Below, one piece after another: positions 33,359 through 46,690 of a stretch of 64,000 nucleotides of DNA. The notes below the pieces were generated by a model, which saw only the letters and a list, made by a program, of their open reading frames with translations, was not told the origin of the DNA and searched no databases. The stretch lies in assembly GCA_964188305.1 (NCBI GenBank), contig OZ076895.1. One strand, 5' to 3'. The stretch comes from Podarcis bocagei (lineage: Eukaryota). Position 1 is the stretch's first letter. Every line of letters begins with the position of its first letter. The position numbers and the translations under genes were made by a program.

Positions 33359-35779
33359 GTCATTAATTTTTTCTTACTTCATTGGAATTTGATTTTGCTT
33401 CACGGTTCACGCCAACAGCAAATTGTTGGCGGCCCTATTCTGCACCGTTTCCAGTTCGACACTATCCTTTTTGAGATGTAATAACCAGAGCAGTACACGG
33501 TTGTGTACAATGCTGCCATTTTGCTCCTGCAAGTCTTACACTTGTGCAACAGTACTGCCCCTTCTCTCCCCTTAAAAATCTGTTCTAGAGGGTTGGCGGA
33601 CCATCTGGAACAGTTTTCATTTAGGGGGGGCAGGGATAGGAGAGGAATTAGAAGTCCTATTGCATGAGCAGAATGTCAATAGCACCACTATAGCACAAAC
33701 CCAGTATTACAAGTTTGAGAGCACCATAGACTTTTTATAAAGACGCTATACCATATTGGCAATTTTATTTTCTATTGCTTTCCTAATTATCCACCACAAC
33801 TCGTATGATGTGTTTCCGGTGTTGCATTGGTGGCTTAAGTTCTATAGCATGGTGGACGTGTCATTTATATATATAATACCCCAAAGCAAAAGAGGATGTA
33901 TCACAAGATGCTGAAAAATTTGATTTTGTTTTCAGAGCAGCCCAACATGCTATGGCCAATTTTTTACTTAAAAGCTGCCTTCAGAGCATATCAAAACAAA
34001 TATAATAAATCATGTAAATAACATATACATGCAACTCCTGCTTAACAAACACAATGTGTCCCCAGGAAGTTGTTCACATAATGAGCCCACAATTTCCATT
34101 ATTTCTTATGGGAACACTTGTAATGCAGGGTTTGCTATGTCTCTCCTCAACCCCACCCCTCTGTCCTGAAATCACTACAGCCAATCAGTAAAAGAGAGAC
34201 AAAGTAAAAACAAAAAAAAAACCCAATCTGATTTGTCTGACTTCTCCTGCTCCCTGATTTGTCTGATTCCCCCCCCCCCGCTCTCTGATTTGTCAACTAT
34301 CACTCCCCTCTTCCATAGTTGCTGCCTGAAAATGGCCACCACTGACCAGCACAGCAGAAACAACCAAGAAAGTAAGAGAGCCGGATATTCGGATACGTGA
34401 ATCTGCAGAGCCAGGGCTTTTTTTCAGCCGGAACTCGCCGGAACTCAGTTTCCAGCACCTCAGTTGTGGAACCCACCCTTGGAATCCCCTCCGCTTGAAT
34501 AGTGAAGTCCTTCCTCTTCCAACAAGCCTTTTAAGTTGAGATCTTTCACTGTCTGCATCTGAACTGGAATGGGCTGTAAGATGTTTTTATCGCTTGTTTT
34601 TGCTTCCCTGGTCTCCTTTGTGAGGAAGGATAGAATAACTATTTAATAAGTAAAATTAAAACATTGGCATATGCGCATATATGTGTATATATATATGCAT
34701 GCATTTATATACTGCCAGTTCAGGCAATATGACACGGCACTAAGTATTGAAGGAGACCCAAGTTCAGATTCGTAGATAGCCCTGATGCTTCCTGGGTGAC
34801 CTTGAGACACAGCCAAGTCTCTCTCGGCCTAACCTACGTGGCAGGGCAGTTGTGAGTACTGTTATCAGATAGGAGTTGGGGGTGAAGCATACATACATAG
34901 TTCGTAACTTCTCGGTTCAGACATGCTAAAACCAGCTGTCAGTTTCACTTTCTATTGCTAGGAAAGAGGAAGTTCAGAAGACAGTGTTGGGAAGATTTTG
35001 AAATGTATGAATCTGCAGTTCGAGTCTATGCCGCATTCTCACCCCACCCCTTTCTATTTCAAGCAAACGAACCCTTTGAACTACATGCTGATAAAACTGG
35101 CACAGTCCCTTGTTTTAAAGTTGCTATGTCACAGTGTTATGAAGAAGCATTCCTAAGAAGGAGTTTTTTATATTTTTATCATGATTTATTAAACTAGGGG
35201 GTATATTTGAAAGACCTACTTTTTCTCCTTAGCAGAGATAAGAAACCATTAGGGCAACTGCTTTGAATGCCAGATCTAGAACCTGCCTAAAAGGATTCAC
35301 ACACACACACCCGATCCTTTTATAATTACATATGCAGTATCAGGATGCTTTCAGATGGGGGCTTAATACTGCAAATTGTTCATTTAGATATCATAAATAA
35401 GTTGCTAGCAGCAGGGTTGTTGTTTTTTAACTTACCGGATTCCCCCATTCCCACCCTGGGAAGAGTAAATTCAGATTAAATGTGGGAGGTGGGGAGTACA
35501 GGCTGCCATTCTGATGGCAGGTAGGCGCTGCAAAAAAACTTTTATATGTCACTTTATTAGTTCTTCAGAAAAGGGTCTTCCTTTGATAAAAGCAGAAAGA
35601 CAAGCAGAAACCTATTACATGTATCGGTAAGCAGAACTCTCTTCCTGCTTTTGTTTTCTGTCCCTGCCTTTGTTACCTTGGGGTCCATCTTGCACTTCTT
35701 GCACACTTTGACAACTGTGACTTTAGAGAAGAGGTGGCAACTCTCTCTCCCCACTTCTCCAGAGGCACACAGCCATCGA

Positions 35780-36260
35780 TAGCACTTTTGCTTCTTGGAT
35801 TGATCTTTATTACGGCCATTGGCCCGTTACACGACAGTTTCCCATACCGACATATTATACTTAAACCTCCAAATTTAAAATCGCCAAAACTTACAAAAGA
35901 CAAACAGTAACCGAAGCAAAACAAAAACAAAAACCACCATCATACAAACAGAAACCACCATCATACATTACAATAATTTTGTAACCTATACATCGCCCTC
36001 TGCTCATAAATTAATCAGGGATATCAATGGTGATATCGCCTAAAACATAGATCATGGTTTAAAACAATGGTGATATCACCTAAAACACAGGTCATGGTTT
36101 AAAGGGGTTGTCCGAATCACACAGGAGACCGTTTCTCTTCTTTAGGGATAGGACGCTGATCAGGAATCTGGCAACCATGAGTGATTTTAGGGGGTCATCA
36201 TCAATTAGTAGATATCTCAGTCACTTTTGCTTCTTCATGTGCGGCAGTCTTGGGAACACA
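35780..36260 (-). mobile_element. Non-LTR retrotransposon 3' fragment (possibly RTEX-like) with internal tandem duplications
   Basis: On -: LRYLLIDDDPLKSLMVARFLISVLSLKKR-like ORF2 end, then ...ggccgtaataaag. A 40-bp duplication at 36025-36103 and a ~21-bp duplication at 35931-35968. Confidence 0.4.
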
Positions 36261-36865
36261 GCATAACAATTGCATGCTCCTGCAGCACCACGAGACATAG
36301 TATGAGTCAGTGAGGAAAGCACCTCATTGCATTACTTTTTAAAGACGTTTCATTCTTTCAGTGGGGCAAAAACAGAGGATTCCCCCAGTGTCCCAGCTCA
36401 CCTGTTCAGCAGGGGAATTCCCAAATTCTTCCCCACTGAGCCCACACCTGCCGTCTTCAGGAAGGGGAAACGGCATTGGCTAAAACAGCTGAGCCCACAG
36501 CCAATGCACCCATTATAAGAAAGCACCAAACTCTCACTCTGCATGTGAGAGAACATCTGCAGGGTGCTTCATTTCCTTAGCAATCAAAATGAACAGAGAG
36601 CAGGTCTAACTTACTCCTGTGTAAGTCTGCACAGGGTTGCAAACTGAACAAGCCAGCAAGTCAAATCTCTTATCTGCCATCAACTCAACAGGTCGCTTTA
36701 AGCAAGCTGCTGCTTCTCAGCCTCCCAACGTATTTTGCTGTTTTCCATGTACAATACCCAACTGGAAAGGCATTTAAATCCTACCTCCACATTGGTGATG
36801 CTAGTGTTGCCACTGTCACCTGAGGGCAGGAGGCTAGCTGAGGATGCACAGGCAGATTTCACATA

Positions 36866-37470
36866 CCGTATTTTTCCCTCCATAAGACACACCTGACCAT
36901 AAGGCGCACCTACTTTGGGGGGGGGATTCAAGGGGGGAGGAAATGCGGCTCTTGGGGGCTTTTGCGGGAGGTGGGGGAAGTGAGAGAGCCTCGCTCTCCC
37001 GCAAAAGCCAGATAGCTGTGCGAAGCCTCCCCAGGGCAGCGGGATGAAGGCTCCCCGCTGCCCTGCGGAGGCTTCGTGGGCTACCCCAGAGCTGCTTGAC
37101 CCAAAGAGCAGGTCAGGGAGCAGTGGAAAGGCTGCGTGCAGCCTTCCTGCTGCTCCCCGGGACTGGTGGTAGGGGAAGCGCGGCTTCCCCCCCCACCAGC
37201 CCCACAAGCTCGGGGAGCAGCCTTTCCGCTGCTCCCCGACCTGCTTTTTGGGGAAAGCCACCGTCAGCCCCAAAGAGCAGGTCGGGGATCAGCGGAAAGA
37301 CTCCACGCAGCCTTCCCGCTGCTCCCAGAGCTTGTCGGGGCTGGCAAGGGAAGCCTGGGTTCTCCCTCCCCCCAGCCCCAGGGACCACACATTCGCTCCG
37401 TAAGACGCACAGACATTTCCCCTTAGATTTTAAGAGGGAAAAAGTGCGTCTTATGGAGCAAAAAATACGG
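36866..37470. mobile_element. Non-autonomous Tc1/mariner-superfamily (Tc2/Tigger-like) element with GC-rich repeated interior
   Basis: ~27-bp TIRs CCGTATTTTTCCCTCCATAAGACACAC / GTGCGTCTTATGGAGCAAAAAATACGG; TA on the left. Confidence 0.85.
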
Positions 37471-37729
37471 TGCCCCCCTTCCTTCCCTACCACTTTCTGC
37501 CTCCAAAACACCTGCTGCCTCATCTTTTTGCAAATTAGCACTCCCACCTTGCTTGCCTGCAGCAATGATTCAGGCAGTTTCATTGCAGTTTTTAGAACTG
37601 TTTTCAAAGTAAGTTTCCAGAGCAGATAGTGTTAAAGTATAAGGCATGGCAGGCCAACTTTGGGCATTTTTAAAGTAACTTGCTGCTACTTCGAAGTCTG
37701 TGGGTGACAGCTGTTGCATTAGAAGAGTT

Positions 37730-37731
<2 letters not shown>

Positions 37732-37780
<49 letters not shown>
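37732..37780. repeat. (ATT)n microsatellite
   Basis: Directly visible. Confidence 0.95.
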
Positions 37781-37781
<1 letters not shown>

Positions 37782-38559
37782 GTCACACCTTGGAGGGAAT
37801 GCCTCTTCCGATATATTGCTTTGTGTGAACATTCGTTTATTTTCAAAGTATTTATTTATGCCATTTTTATTCTGTCCATCAACAAAGTCCTTCAGGCAGT
37901 TTATAAAACTTATAAATCAATAAAATGCAATCCACTGACAAAAAGGGGGGAAAGTTTACCCCACCCACCCCATCATTAGCCATTTACTTCCTGTGCCCCC
38001 TCCAAGAAGCGGAAGATGGTATATGTGAGTCTCCTCCCCATTTTATCCTCACAACAGCCCTGTAAGGTAGGTTAGGCTGAAAGATGGCATCTGGCCCAAA
38101 GTCTTCCAGTTGGCTTCATGGCTTAGTGGGGATTTTAACCTGGGTCTCCTTAGGCCTAGTCTAACCCAGACTTCCCCATGTCTTGGTGCCCACTGGATGT
38201 TGCTGGACTACAGCTCCCATTCTCCTTGACCACTGGCTGCAGAATCCAAAACTTTTGGATAGCGTCAAGTTCAGGAAGGCTGCTCTAACCATTACACCAC
38301 ACTGGCCATAACTGTGAGTGTGACACCTAAAAACGGGTATTCTGGCCCACCTCACCATTACTGCAATAAACTATGCAAACTGATGCAGAATTATCTGATT
38401 AATCATATGTTTGGTCATATATTTAAAAATTTATATACCGCTATGTCATTTAAAAATATAACAAGGCAGTTTACAACAATAAAGCATAAAAACCGTAAGG
38501 AAGTTAAAAGCAGACATCAGTTAAGCACTGTAGAAGGACGGGTTCTTAATTGACTGCAG

Positions 38560-39350
38560 AGGCCTGGCGCAGCAGGAAAGTTTTCAGCAGGCATTTAAAA
38601 CTTGGCCCAGAAGTTCAAAGCTCCCGCGATCAGAAGGCTGCCTTCAAGCGCGCCATAGCCCGAATAACCCGGCGCATTGGACGGGACGCGGCGGGCAAAT
38701 CGCTTCTTGGAAAGCTTGTTCTCAGAAGCGCAGAGCAGCGCCTTGGCTGGACGTCGCTGAATCAGAAATGTGTAATCCCCGCCCCGCTGCCAGCACTTCT
38801 TCCCTAGACCAAGGTACAACTCGTGGGAAAGGCCCGCTCGCGAAAAGGGCCCGTGTCGCTTTAAAAAGCGGGATTTGGAGGGGAGGAGCGCGCAGCGAAA
38901 AGCGGCGCGAGGAGGAAGTGAAGTCAGTCTCGCGGTGGCGAATCCGCTGCTCGGAGCGGAGCGGACGAAAAAAGGAAAGAAAGCGAGCAGGCGGCGGGGC
39001 TGCGGGACCTGAGCTGGGCAGAGCCGCTTTGCATGGTGAGTGGCTTCGGAGAAGCGGGGTTTCCCGCCTCTCCCGCGCCCCGCTTTGGAGAGACCCTCTT
39101 TCCCCGGCGCGCGCGCGAGGGTGTGGTCGCAATGGGGGGCTTTGCTGGCGGCCGGTTGGCAGCGACCCCTCCCTCACCCGCCGCCGAAAGATCTCCGGCC
39201 TAAAAAGAGAGTCAAAAATGTTTGGGAATGTTGAGAAGGCACTGACTGGAATCCTCCTCCTCCTCCCCGCGCTTCCTTCACTAGTTAAGCCATAGGCGAG
39301 ACCCGCTTGCTTGATGTTCTGGAGGCGCTTCCTCGTGGCTCTTCCCCCCC
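38560..39350 (+). promoter_or_regulatory. CpG island / BID promoter
   Basis: High GC and CpG density; GC box CCCCGCCCC ~38777, CTCGCGA ~38837, ETS-like GGAAGTG ~38914; contains the exon 1 donor. Confidence 0.85.
38900..39035 (+). other. BID: BID exon 1 (5' UTR; start approximate), ending in an ATG
   Basis: Consensus donor ATG|GTGAGT at 39035/39036 inside the CpG island upstream of the BID coding exons. Confidence 0.7.
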
Positions 39351-39372
39351 AATTCTGTGGCAGTAGCATATA

Positions 39373-39587
39373 CAGTGGTACCTCAGGTTAAGTACTTAAT
39401 TCGTTCCGGAGGTCCGTTCTTAACCTGAAACTGTTCTTAACCTGAAGCACCACTTTAGCTAATAGGGCCTCCCGCTGTTGCTGCGCGATTTCTGTTCTTA
39501 TCCTGAAGCAAAATTCTTAACCTGAAGCACTATTTCTGGGTTAGCGGAGTCTGTAACCTGAAGCGTATGTAACCCGAGGTACCACTG
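39373..39587 (+). mobile_element. Tc1/mariner MITE, family C, at the 3' edge of the BID CpG island
   Basis: TIRs CAGTGGTACCTCAGGTTA / TAACCCGAGGTACCACTG; TA TSD; internal TTAACCTGAA repeats. Confidence 0.88.
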
Positions 39588-40578
39588 TAGTTGCTCCAAA
39601 TGTTGCTATTCGTTTTCAAAAACCGTGGCAAGACTATTAGCCCGCAGCTACGCTTCAAAGTATTGCCGAAGGGAACGCGCCGTTTCCTTAAAGCATTCGC
39701 TCCTTGTCTGGTCTTCCCTTCCTGAGGGCTTTTGTGTGTGCGCTTTTGAGGGAGACTCCTCGAAGTGCCATGAAAAGGCAGGGGACAGCCGATTAATTAG
39801 GTTTATTATTCTGTTTTTAGCATTGGGTGGGTGCGGTTGCTCTTTCTGGGTTTCCCACCTCGTGTTTTGTTGCGCGGTTTTCCTATTTTTTCTCCCATTT
39901 GGAGGTCCCAGGCAGACGTTGCCCAAAACATTCCCCACTGGGGGTGTCCGGAAATAACCGTGGTTGTGATGGTGGTCAGGGGTAGGGCAGGCCTCGGGGC
40001 GCCTTGTCGGCTCCTTGACTGGGCAGGCCGAGCTGGGGGAACAAGAGGCCTCTTTGGCTGCTTGAGAGATGCCCACAGTGGCATGTTCAGCCAGGACCTT
40101 GGGCTTTGGGGGCTCCCTTCATGGGGCAAAGTTCCCTGCTGCCAGTACCCCTCTCCCTGCAAGCATGGATGGAGCAGGAAAGTCAGCAGCCAGGGGATGC
40201 AGAAACAGCAGCTGCCGCAACTTGTTTACTTTCCTTGGTTGGGTCCAGAGGGAGAACCCTGTATGGCTGTGGTGCCCTGGCTGCATTTGCCAGGTGCAGG
40301 CAGGAGGATGTACTGTAGATCTGGGGTCCCCAATCTTTCTAGCCCAAAAGCACTTTTGGAAATCTAAGAAACAGACATGAGCATGAAAAAAATACCCGTT
40401 TTGCATAAACTGCCAAAACAGGCAAAAACATTTGCACTGCCTCAGAATAAATACAACCTCCCCCTTTAATATGTATTTATATATAAAATAGGGAGTTGCA
40501 GGGGGCTGTGGCAAGTGTTATCAGGGGTGTCTTTTGGGTGCCCATGGGAACCCCAGCTCTAGACATAGTTGAACTGTA

Positions 40579-41091
40579 TTTTTTACAATAATTTTTATTA
40601 GTTTCCAAATCCAAAATACACCTCATTATATCTATATCAAATCACAATACCAAATCAAATACCCAATTGTATAATTTTGGTGCCCCCACCCCCCGTGTGC
40701 TAGAATTACAGGTTTGTTTTTTAAAAAAAATCTGCTTCCAAAGTCTTACTTAATCCAGTTGTATTCTAATCGTAATTACTCTATAATCCATTCAGCAGCT
40801 GCAACGTTTATAACTTCTATTTGTATTAACACATTCAATAATTTATTAGTCCACAAATGAAGATCTATATCCTTTTGCTACTGCGTGTAGTAATTATTTG
40901 TCCATAATTTTTCTTCTTTCTTTGCCAAATGTTAATCCATTTGTCCAGAAAGTCCCATGTCGCTCCAGTTGTTCTCTCTCCTTTCTTTTCTCAATTGTAG
41001 TTGCAATATAAATACATCAGCCTAGGGAAAAAGTTAACTGGCACCCCACCAAAGCCCTGACAGTTCTCCAATTTCTCTTCCTTTAGGTATT
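40579..41091 (-). mobile_element. L1/Tx1-like LINE 3' fragment
   Basis: T-rich left end with TTTATT; direct repeat gttgaactgta at 40568-40578 and 41092-41102; Trp/Lys-rich ORF end (TWDFLDKWINIW) on -. Confidence 0.5.
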
Positions 41092-42787
41092 GTTGAACTG
41101 TAGCTCACATCATCCCTGATCTTTGGGCATGTTTGCTGGGGCTAATGGGAGTTGGAGTTCAGGAAATCACTGTTTTGATTTATTTACTAAGCAGTATCTA
41201 AATGCTGAAATAAATAAATAAAATATCTGGAGGGCCACAGGTTTTCGATTCCTAGTGCAGTGTGACCAAACAACAAGAAGCGAGAAATTAGGTTTTGTTT
41301 ATATAACTTTTTAAAAAAAAAATATTGTGGCAGGCAATGTGTGTGTGTAGGAAGAGCTTGAATATTGGAAGCACAGTTCATCTCACGCATCCTCTCACTT
41401 TCTGTTCCCACCTGCCCCAGATTCCTAGTGGTGCAAGGCCACCTTGTATCATCAAGAGTGGAATGGGGTGAGACATTACATCACAATCACATTCCTGAAT
41501 GCAGTGCTATACTTTATCCATAGAGATGAATGGCAACAAGTGACTCACTTTACCTTAGGATAAAGTGGGACACAGCTGGAGGAAGGTGACACTGAGCTTT
41601 TTCACCATATCAAGCTTTATCTTAATGTTTAGGCCCAACCTTGATCTTAATGTTCATGTCGTCAGTCACACCTAAATGTGACAATGTTGGGAACGAGCAT
41701 TTCTGTAGCTAAAGTACCGAAGAGCCTGCCAAGATTACTGGGAGGCAAGGGAGTTCTAGTCATTTTCCCAGCTTCACTTGCTACCATTGCATGTGTCATA
41801 TTCAGTCCCTGCTTCACATAACAACAGCTGCAGAAGCCTCAGTGATGAATAGGTTTGTCAAGGAAATAGGAAGAGTGGTCCTGCAACTGCCTTTCTTTCC
41901 CATCCACCATAGAGGCCATAAGTGGTAGCTTAGGGTCTGAAGTGTGTGATATGGCGCTTGTTTCTCTAAAATGCAGGTAAGCAGTGTTAGGAAAGGATTT
42001 CTCCCACCTTGCTAATATTTTAAAGGGGTAAGTGCCGAAGAATAAACACTAGTGTTTTGGACCTGATTCAGGTTGCATGTATTCTACTTTTGTGTTACAA
42101 CTTTGAACAGTGCTGCGTTTGCTCACTTTTCAGAGCGTGATAATATTCTTGTATGCATTTGGATTTGATAGTGGGTTTCACAGAAGTATAGCTTGCATGC
42201 AGAAGTACATCATTTTTCCAGCCACTCTACAGTGGAAGTATCCTCACCACATTTTGGTTGGAGGAAACCAGCAGTTTTCAGCAGAAGCCAGATTTTTACC
42301 ACTTTGATAGTCTGGCCTTTGTATTAGTCACAAAGCCACATTTTCTTCCTCTACCCAGCACCCCCCCCCCCAATTTTTTTTTAAAGCATGAAACAAACAT
42401 GCACATAAGGCACTTGAAATAAAAAACAATGTGGACAGCATGCCTGATGCACTAGAGAGGGAGCTGTTGTATTTGATTTGGAGACTGTATGTTTCATTAC
42501 AAGAGCAAATGTGAGGAAAATCGAGCTCACCCCTGCAGCAGAACCTCCTCACGTTTGCTCATAATTGGAGGAAATGGCCTCCTTTTCCAAAGTGAATTTG
42601 GGTCTAACTTCAGCCTTGGAATATTATTCTTTTTATTAATAACAATCTTTTTGGCCAGTGACCCATTGAGTAAATTGAGAAGCCTGAATTATATTTCCCT
42701 TTTGCCACTGTGGTTGGAGGCAGGTGTGTCTTGCAAGAAGCTTCTTCTGGAGCCAGGGTGTGAGAATAGAGGCCATAACCCATAGGA

Positions 42788-42910
42788 TGAGGTTACCAGA
42801 CGTCCCCGTTTCCCGGGGACAGTCCCCGGATTTACAAATCAGTCCCCATACAAAATCCATTGAAGTTGAAAAGTGTCCCTGGATTCATCGGAAAAAATCT
42901 GGTAACCTCA
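42788..42910. mobile_element. hAT (Tip100-like) MITE with perfect 8-bp TSD
   Basis: TIRs TGAGGTTACCAGA / TCTGGTAACCTCA; TSD ccatagga at 42780-42787 and 42911-42918. A decayed relative lies at ~21406-21501. Confidence 0.88.
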
Positions 42911-45423
42911 CCATAGGAACTTCGTGCTTGTGTGAATTATTTGCACACATGTGTGTGCTCCTGTTACCCTCTGAATATCTAAAGTCTCCTGTGGGTTTGG
43001 ATAAGATTGGTCTCTGTTACATTTGGAACAGTAAGACTTTTTTCAGCATCTACTTGCTATATCTCTTATCTGTTTCTCCACCACCACCTGTCTTTAGGTG
43101 TGCAGCTGACAGTTAAACTACCTGAGGCAAAAAAAAAAAAAGTTTTGCAAGTTGGCAGCACGTGAGCTGTTCAGGCTGTCTGTCCTCTGCGCAAACACCT
43201 CTCCGCATTTGACAGGCTTCACTCAATGGTTCACATGGGTAGGTCTCTTTCCTGTGAGCAGTTAGCTCTGTGCTAGTGAGCCTGTGAGTAGACACTGTGA
43301 ATGTAATCATAAATGAAAACAACACTGCAAGCCCCCTAAATCACAGTCTAGAGTCAGTGTTAGAAACTCAGATATAAGGACCCAGGTGGGTCCTTAAACC
43401 AGAGTTACAGTTGCCAAAATGGAATGTTTAGTTGCCATTTAGGAGCCAGATAGGTCAAAAGCATATTTTTCAATGCAACTCTTGGGTTCATTCTGATTGT
43501 GCAGATAAAATATCACTGACGGAATTCTACAGGATGTGTTGTTAGTGTGTGAAAACAGGCAAGATTCAGGGATCCTCAGACATGTGCCTCCAGATGGTGG
43601 AGACGTCAGACGCCATTCTGGCTCCTGGCTTCACTTGGTTGCAAGTGACCGATAGCCAGGTAAAAAATGAGCCTGGCACATGGGAAATTTCAAACTCTAC
43701 TAGAGGTGCAAGATAATTCCCACAAGCAACAGGAATAAAAAGGGCTCTTGTCAAACCTACATCCCAGATACTTAGCAGCTGGAAACCTGAACAGACAATG
43801 AGAACTGCTAAAAATAAAATAAAAGAATCATACCCAACTAAAGGAATTAAGGGGTTTTATCACCAAAGACCTCATTCTTACTATTGGAGTTTGAGGTGAG
43901 CAAGCAATCAGTGTAAATAATTGCCTACAAAGCAAAAAAATTAAAAGGGAGCACATCCAGTATTAATAGATGCCAGCTAGTATTCTGGTTTTCAACTTGA
44001 CCAAAAAAGTCCACCTAGAGAACTACTGTCATTCACTCCTGCTTCCAGAAATACAATGTTTTGTGTTTCCTGGAACTTGGGAGCTGAGAATTTGATGTTG
44101 ACAGCTACTTTCTTAATAAATATGACCTTTGCAACATGAGTCATATTTTTTTTAGGTTGTTGACTTGAACATATGTTTTTTCATGGCTGTGACGATGATA
44201 TTATGATGACTGTTGTCCTTATATGATTGACACCCTTCATATCTTTACTTGGCGATTCAAGCACGTACCAGAAAGTTTAGGGTGAGATTCACCTAATGTG
44301 TCCCATCAGCAGAAGCTTCCCCCGCCCCCCGCCCTGAGGATTTCTGCTTGCACAATGGGACTTCTCCCCTCTCTCCTCTCCTTGCCCACCCCCTGAAATT
44401 ATTCCATTTGACAGGCTGAACTGCTTGTGCTGATGGAACATTTCTCTTAAAACAGTGTTGAATTCTTTCCTGAGGTTTCAGCAGTTAATGTAGTCGCCCT
44501 GGTGCAACAGGTCTACTTTTAAAAAAGGAAGTGACTTTTTGTGGTTAGGAAAGTGATGGAGAAGTGTAGTCAAAAGTGTGGGATGAATGAATCAATAATG
44601 CAAAGCCATTTATCTTCCCTTGCATTTTGAAAATTCAGTTTCTTTGGCATTTTTCCTTGGAGCCTTATATAAATTTGATTTCTGAGTGTTTATTGTGCCT
44701 TCTCTCCCCCCACAAAAAAGTTGGTGTTTTTTTGTATCCCCTTGCCAATCTGTGAATTAAATACTTTGGTGTATTTTGCAACCTTTGCAACTAAAGCTAT
44801 TTCACTTTCCCAGTTCTGACAAATGTTTGTACTGTTTTGTATTGGAAGTTTGGTGGCAATCCCTAGGTGGCACCAGTAAACATTGCAATCATTTTATAGT
44901 TTGGTTACATAGGTTCTGTTATCTCCATTTAACCTATTAAGCTTTTTTCTTATACTTGACCAACATTTTCTCTGCACACATTGCATTCAGTATAGGATTG
45001 CTCCTAATTTTTGTACAACATAATACGTTTTGTGATTTCCCCCGCATGCAAAAATTAAAACAAACAGATTTACCAAAGCTTTGAACTTTAAAGCTTCATT
45101 TAAAGTTCACTGCAGGCTCTGTGAAGCATAGAATCTACAATATTGCCACAGATTAATATATGCAGCCTGGGATTTGGACTGGGAACTCATAGTAGGAGTA
45201 GGAGTAATAATTCATTTATAATTGCTTCCCATGGAGCATCCCAAAGGGATTTACAGTATATTAAAAGCATGTATAAAACAGTCACATAGATTGCGTGGCA
45301 GCCATACCTTAGCAACAGTACTGCAGCTTGCTTTGCTTAAGGCAGGTGTGGAGAGGCTGTAGCCCTCCAGGTGATGTTGATCTCCAGCTCCCATCGAGCC
45401 CGGCCACCATGACTGATAGTTGA

Positions 45424-45828
45424 GCACAATTCAAAGTGCTGGTGTTGACCTTTAAAGCCCTAAATGGCCTCGGCCCAGTATACCTGAAGGAGCGTCTCCA
45501 CCCCCATCATTCTGCCCAGACGCTGAGGTCCAGCACCGAGGGCCTTCTGGCGGTTCCCTCATTGCGAGAAGCAAAGCTACAGGGAACCAGGCAGAGGGCC
45601 TTCTCGGTAGTGGCGCCCGCCCTGTGGAACGCCCTCCCATCAGATGTCAAAGCGATAAATAACTACCTGACATTCAGAAGACATCTTAAGGCAGCCCTGT
45701 TCAGGGAAGTTTTTAATCTATGATGTTTTAGTGTATTTTTGGTGTCTATGGAAGCCACCCAGAGTGGCTGGGGAAACCCAGCCAGATGGGCGGGGTACAA
45801 ATAATAAATTATTATTATTATTATTATT
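45424..45828 (+). mobile_element. L2-clade LINE 3' end (ORF2 C-terminus, 3' UTR, (TTA)n tail)
   Basis: Intact peptide VLVLTFKALNGLGPVYLKERL...RAFSVVAPALWNALP...TFRRHLKAALF. Inserted into a hAT MITE that begins ~45342. Confidence 0.88.
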
Positions 45829-46554
45829 GTGCATCAGGGCAGCCACTGGTCACTTGCAGTAGGTGATAAGTGGCACACCTCTCTCCTTGGCTTTTGACAC
45901 CTGAGATGTATGCTTTTTGGACCCACCTTCTGTGGTTGTAAGTGGCTTTAAACTATATTTAACATGGTGCTTTAGTTGTTTCAACCCACGCTGGGACTTG
46001 GGGTGGTGGGCAGGCAGGTCATAAACTGGTTATAATAAGAAGAATACATTTCCAGTCGTTAGTGGATAATTGGAGCCTGAGCCGCAGACCGATACTTATT
46101 TCCTGTGGTTTTTATTGCCAAGTTAAAACAATTTGGTCTGTCTTAGTGATTTCCTATTCCTTTGAGGTTTCCCCTTTGGAGTTTATTGTTCAGCGTCCCC
46201 ACTTCCTTCGTACTCTGCTTTCATTCTCCTTGTCTGAGCTAGACTTAATTGTGCTTAAACTGCTTAGGCAAAGAACAGCAAGATTTGCAGCGGAGTGTGC
46301 AGGCAGACATTGTGGGATGGTAAAAGAAAAAAGAAAGTGCAATAAGCCAGTGTGGAAGTTACCACCTACCTGGGTAGTAAATATACATAGGAATGCCCTG
46401 CATATATATTTAAATTAAATTCAAATAAACGTAGTTAAGCTCATGACAGCTTGACTGCAGGCATTGATTTTCATTGTTACCATTTAAGTGGGAGAAAAGG
46501 AAAGCACTGAGGCCTATTAACACTAATTTTAGCTTGTGGAAAAGCTGTTTATTT

Positions 46555-46690
46555 CAGGCGTAGGCAAACTCGGCCCTCCAGATGTTTTGGGACTACAACT
46601 CCCATGATCCCTAGCTAACAGGACCTGTGGCCAGGGATGATGGGAATTGTAATCCCAAAACATCTGGAGGGCCAAGTTTGCCTATGCCTG
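46555..46690. mobile_element. hAT MITE (foldback) with perfect 8-bp TSD
   Basis: Near-palindromic CAGGCGTAGGCAAACT...AGTTTGCCTATGCCTG; TSD gtttattt on both sides. Older relatives at ~3592-3731, 5535-5666, 16655-16765, 23082-23220, 24710-24846, 31755-31870 and 38165-38283. Confidence 0.9.

Larger units (their letters stand above)
29471..33375 (+). other. MICAL3: MICAL3 3' UTR (approximate end)
   Basis: AT-rich and largely TE-free. AATAAA at 31505, 32824 and tandem at 33345/33353, followed by T-rich sequence; TE fragments resume after ~33420. Confidence 0.6.

Noticed and set aside
36025-36103. Short direct repeats (40 bp x2; also 8892-8928) resembling an array
   Set aside because: Simple two-copy tandem duplications without spacers in a vertebrate genome; not CRISPR.
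36698-37629. ORFs of 164-191 aa on both strands
   Set aside because: They arise from the GC-rich repeated interior of a non-autonomous transposon; no transposase motifs.
38722-39369. Long overlapping ORFs (215 aa on -, 175 aa on +) in the CpG island
   Set aside because: Stop-poor GC-rich sequence with no recognisable domain. The + ORF spliced to BID exon 2 is out of frame and stops.
39600-44000. p53 response element in BID intron 1 (BID is a p53 target in mammals)
   Set aside because: Only isolated CATG half-site-like matches; no convincing paired RRRCWWGYYY site found by eye.
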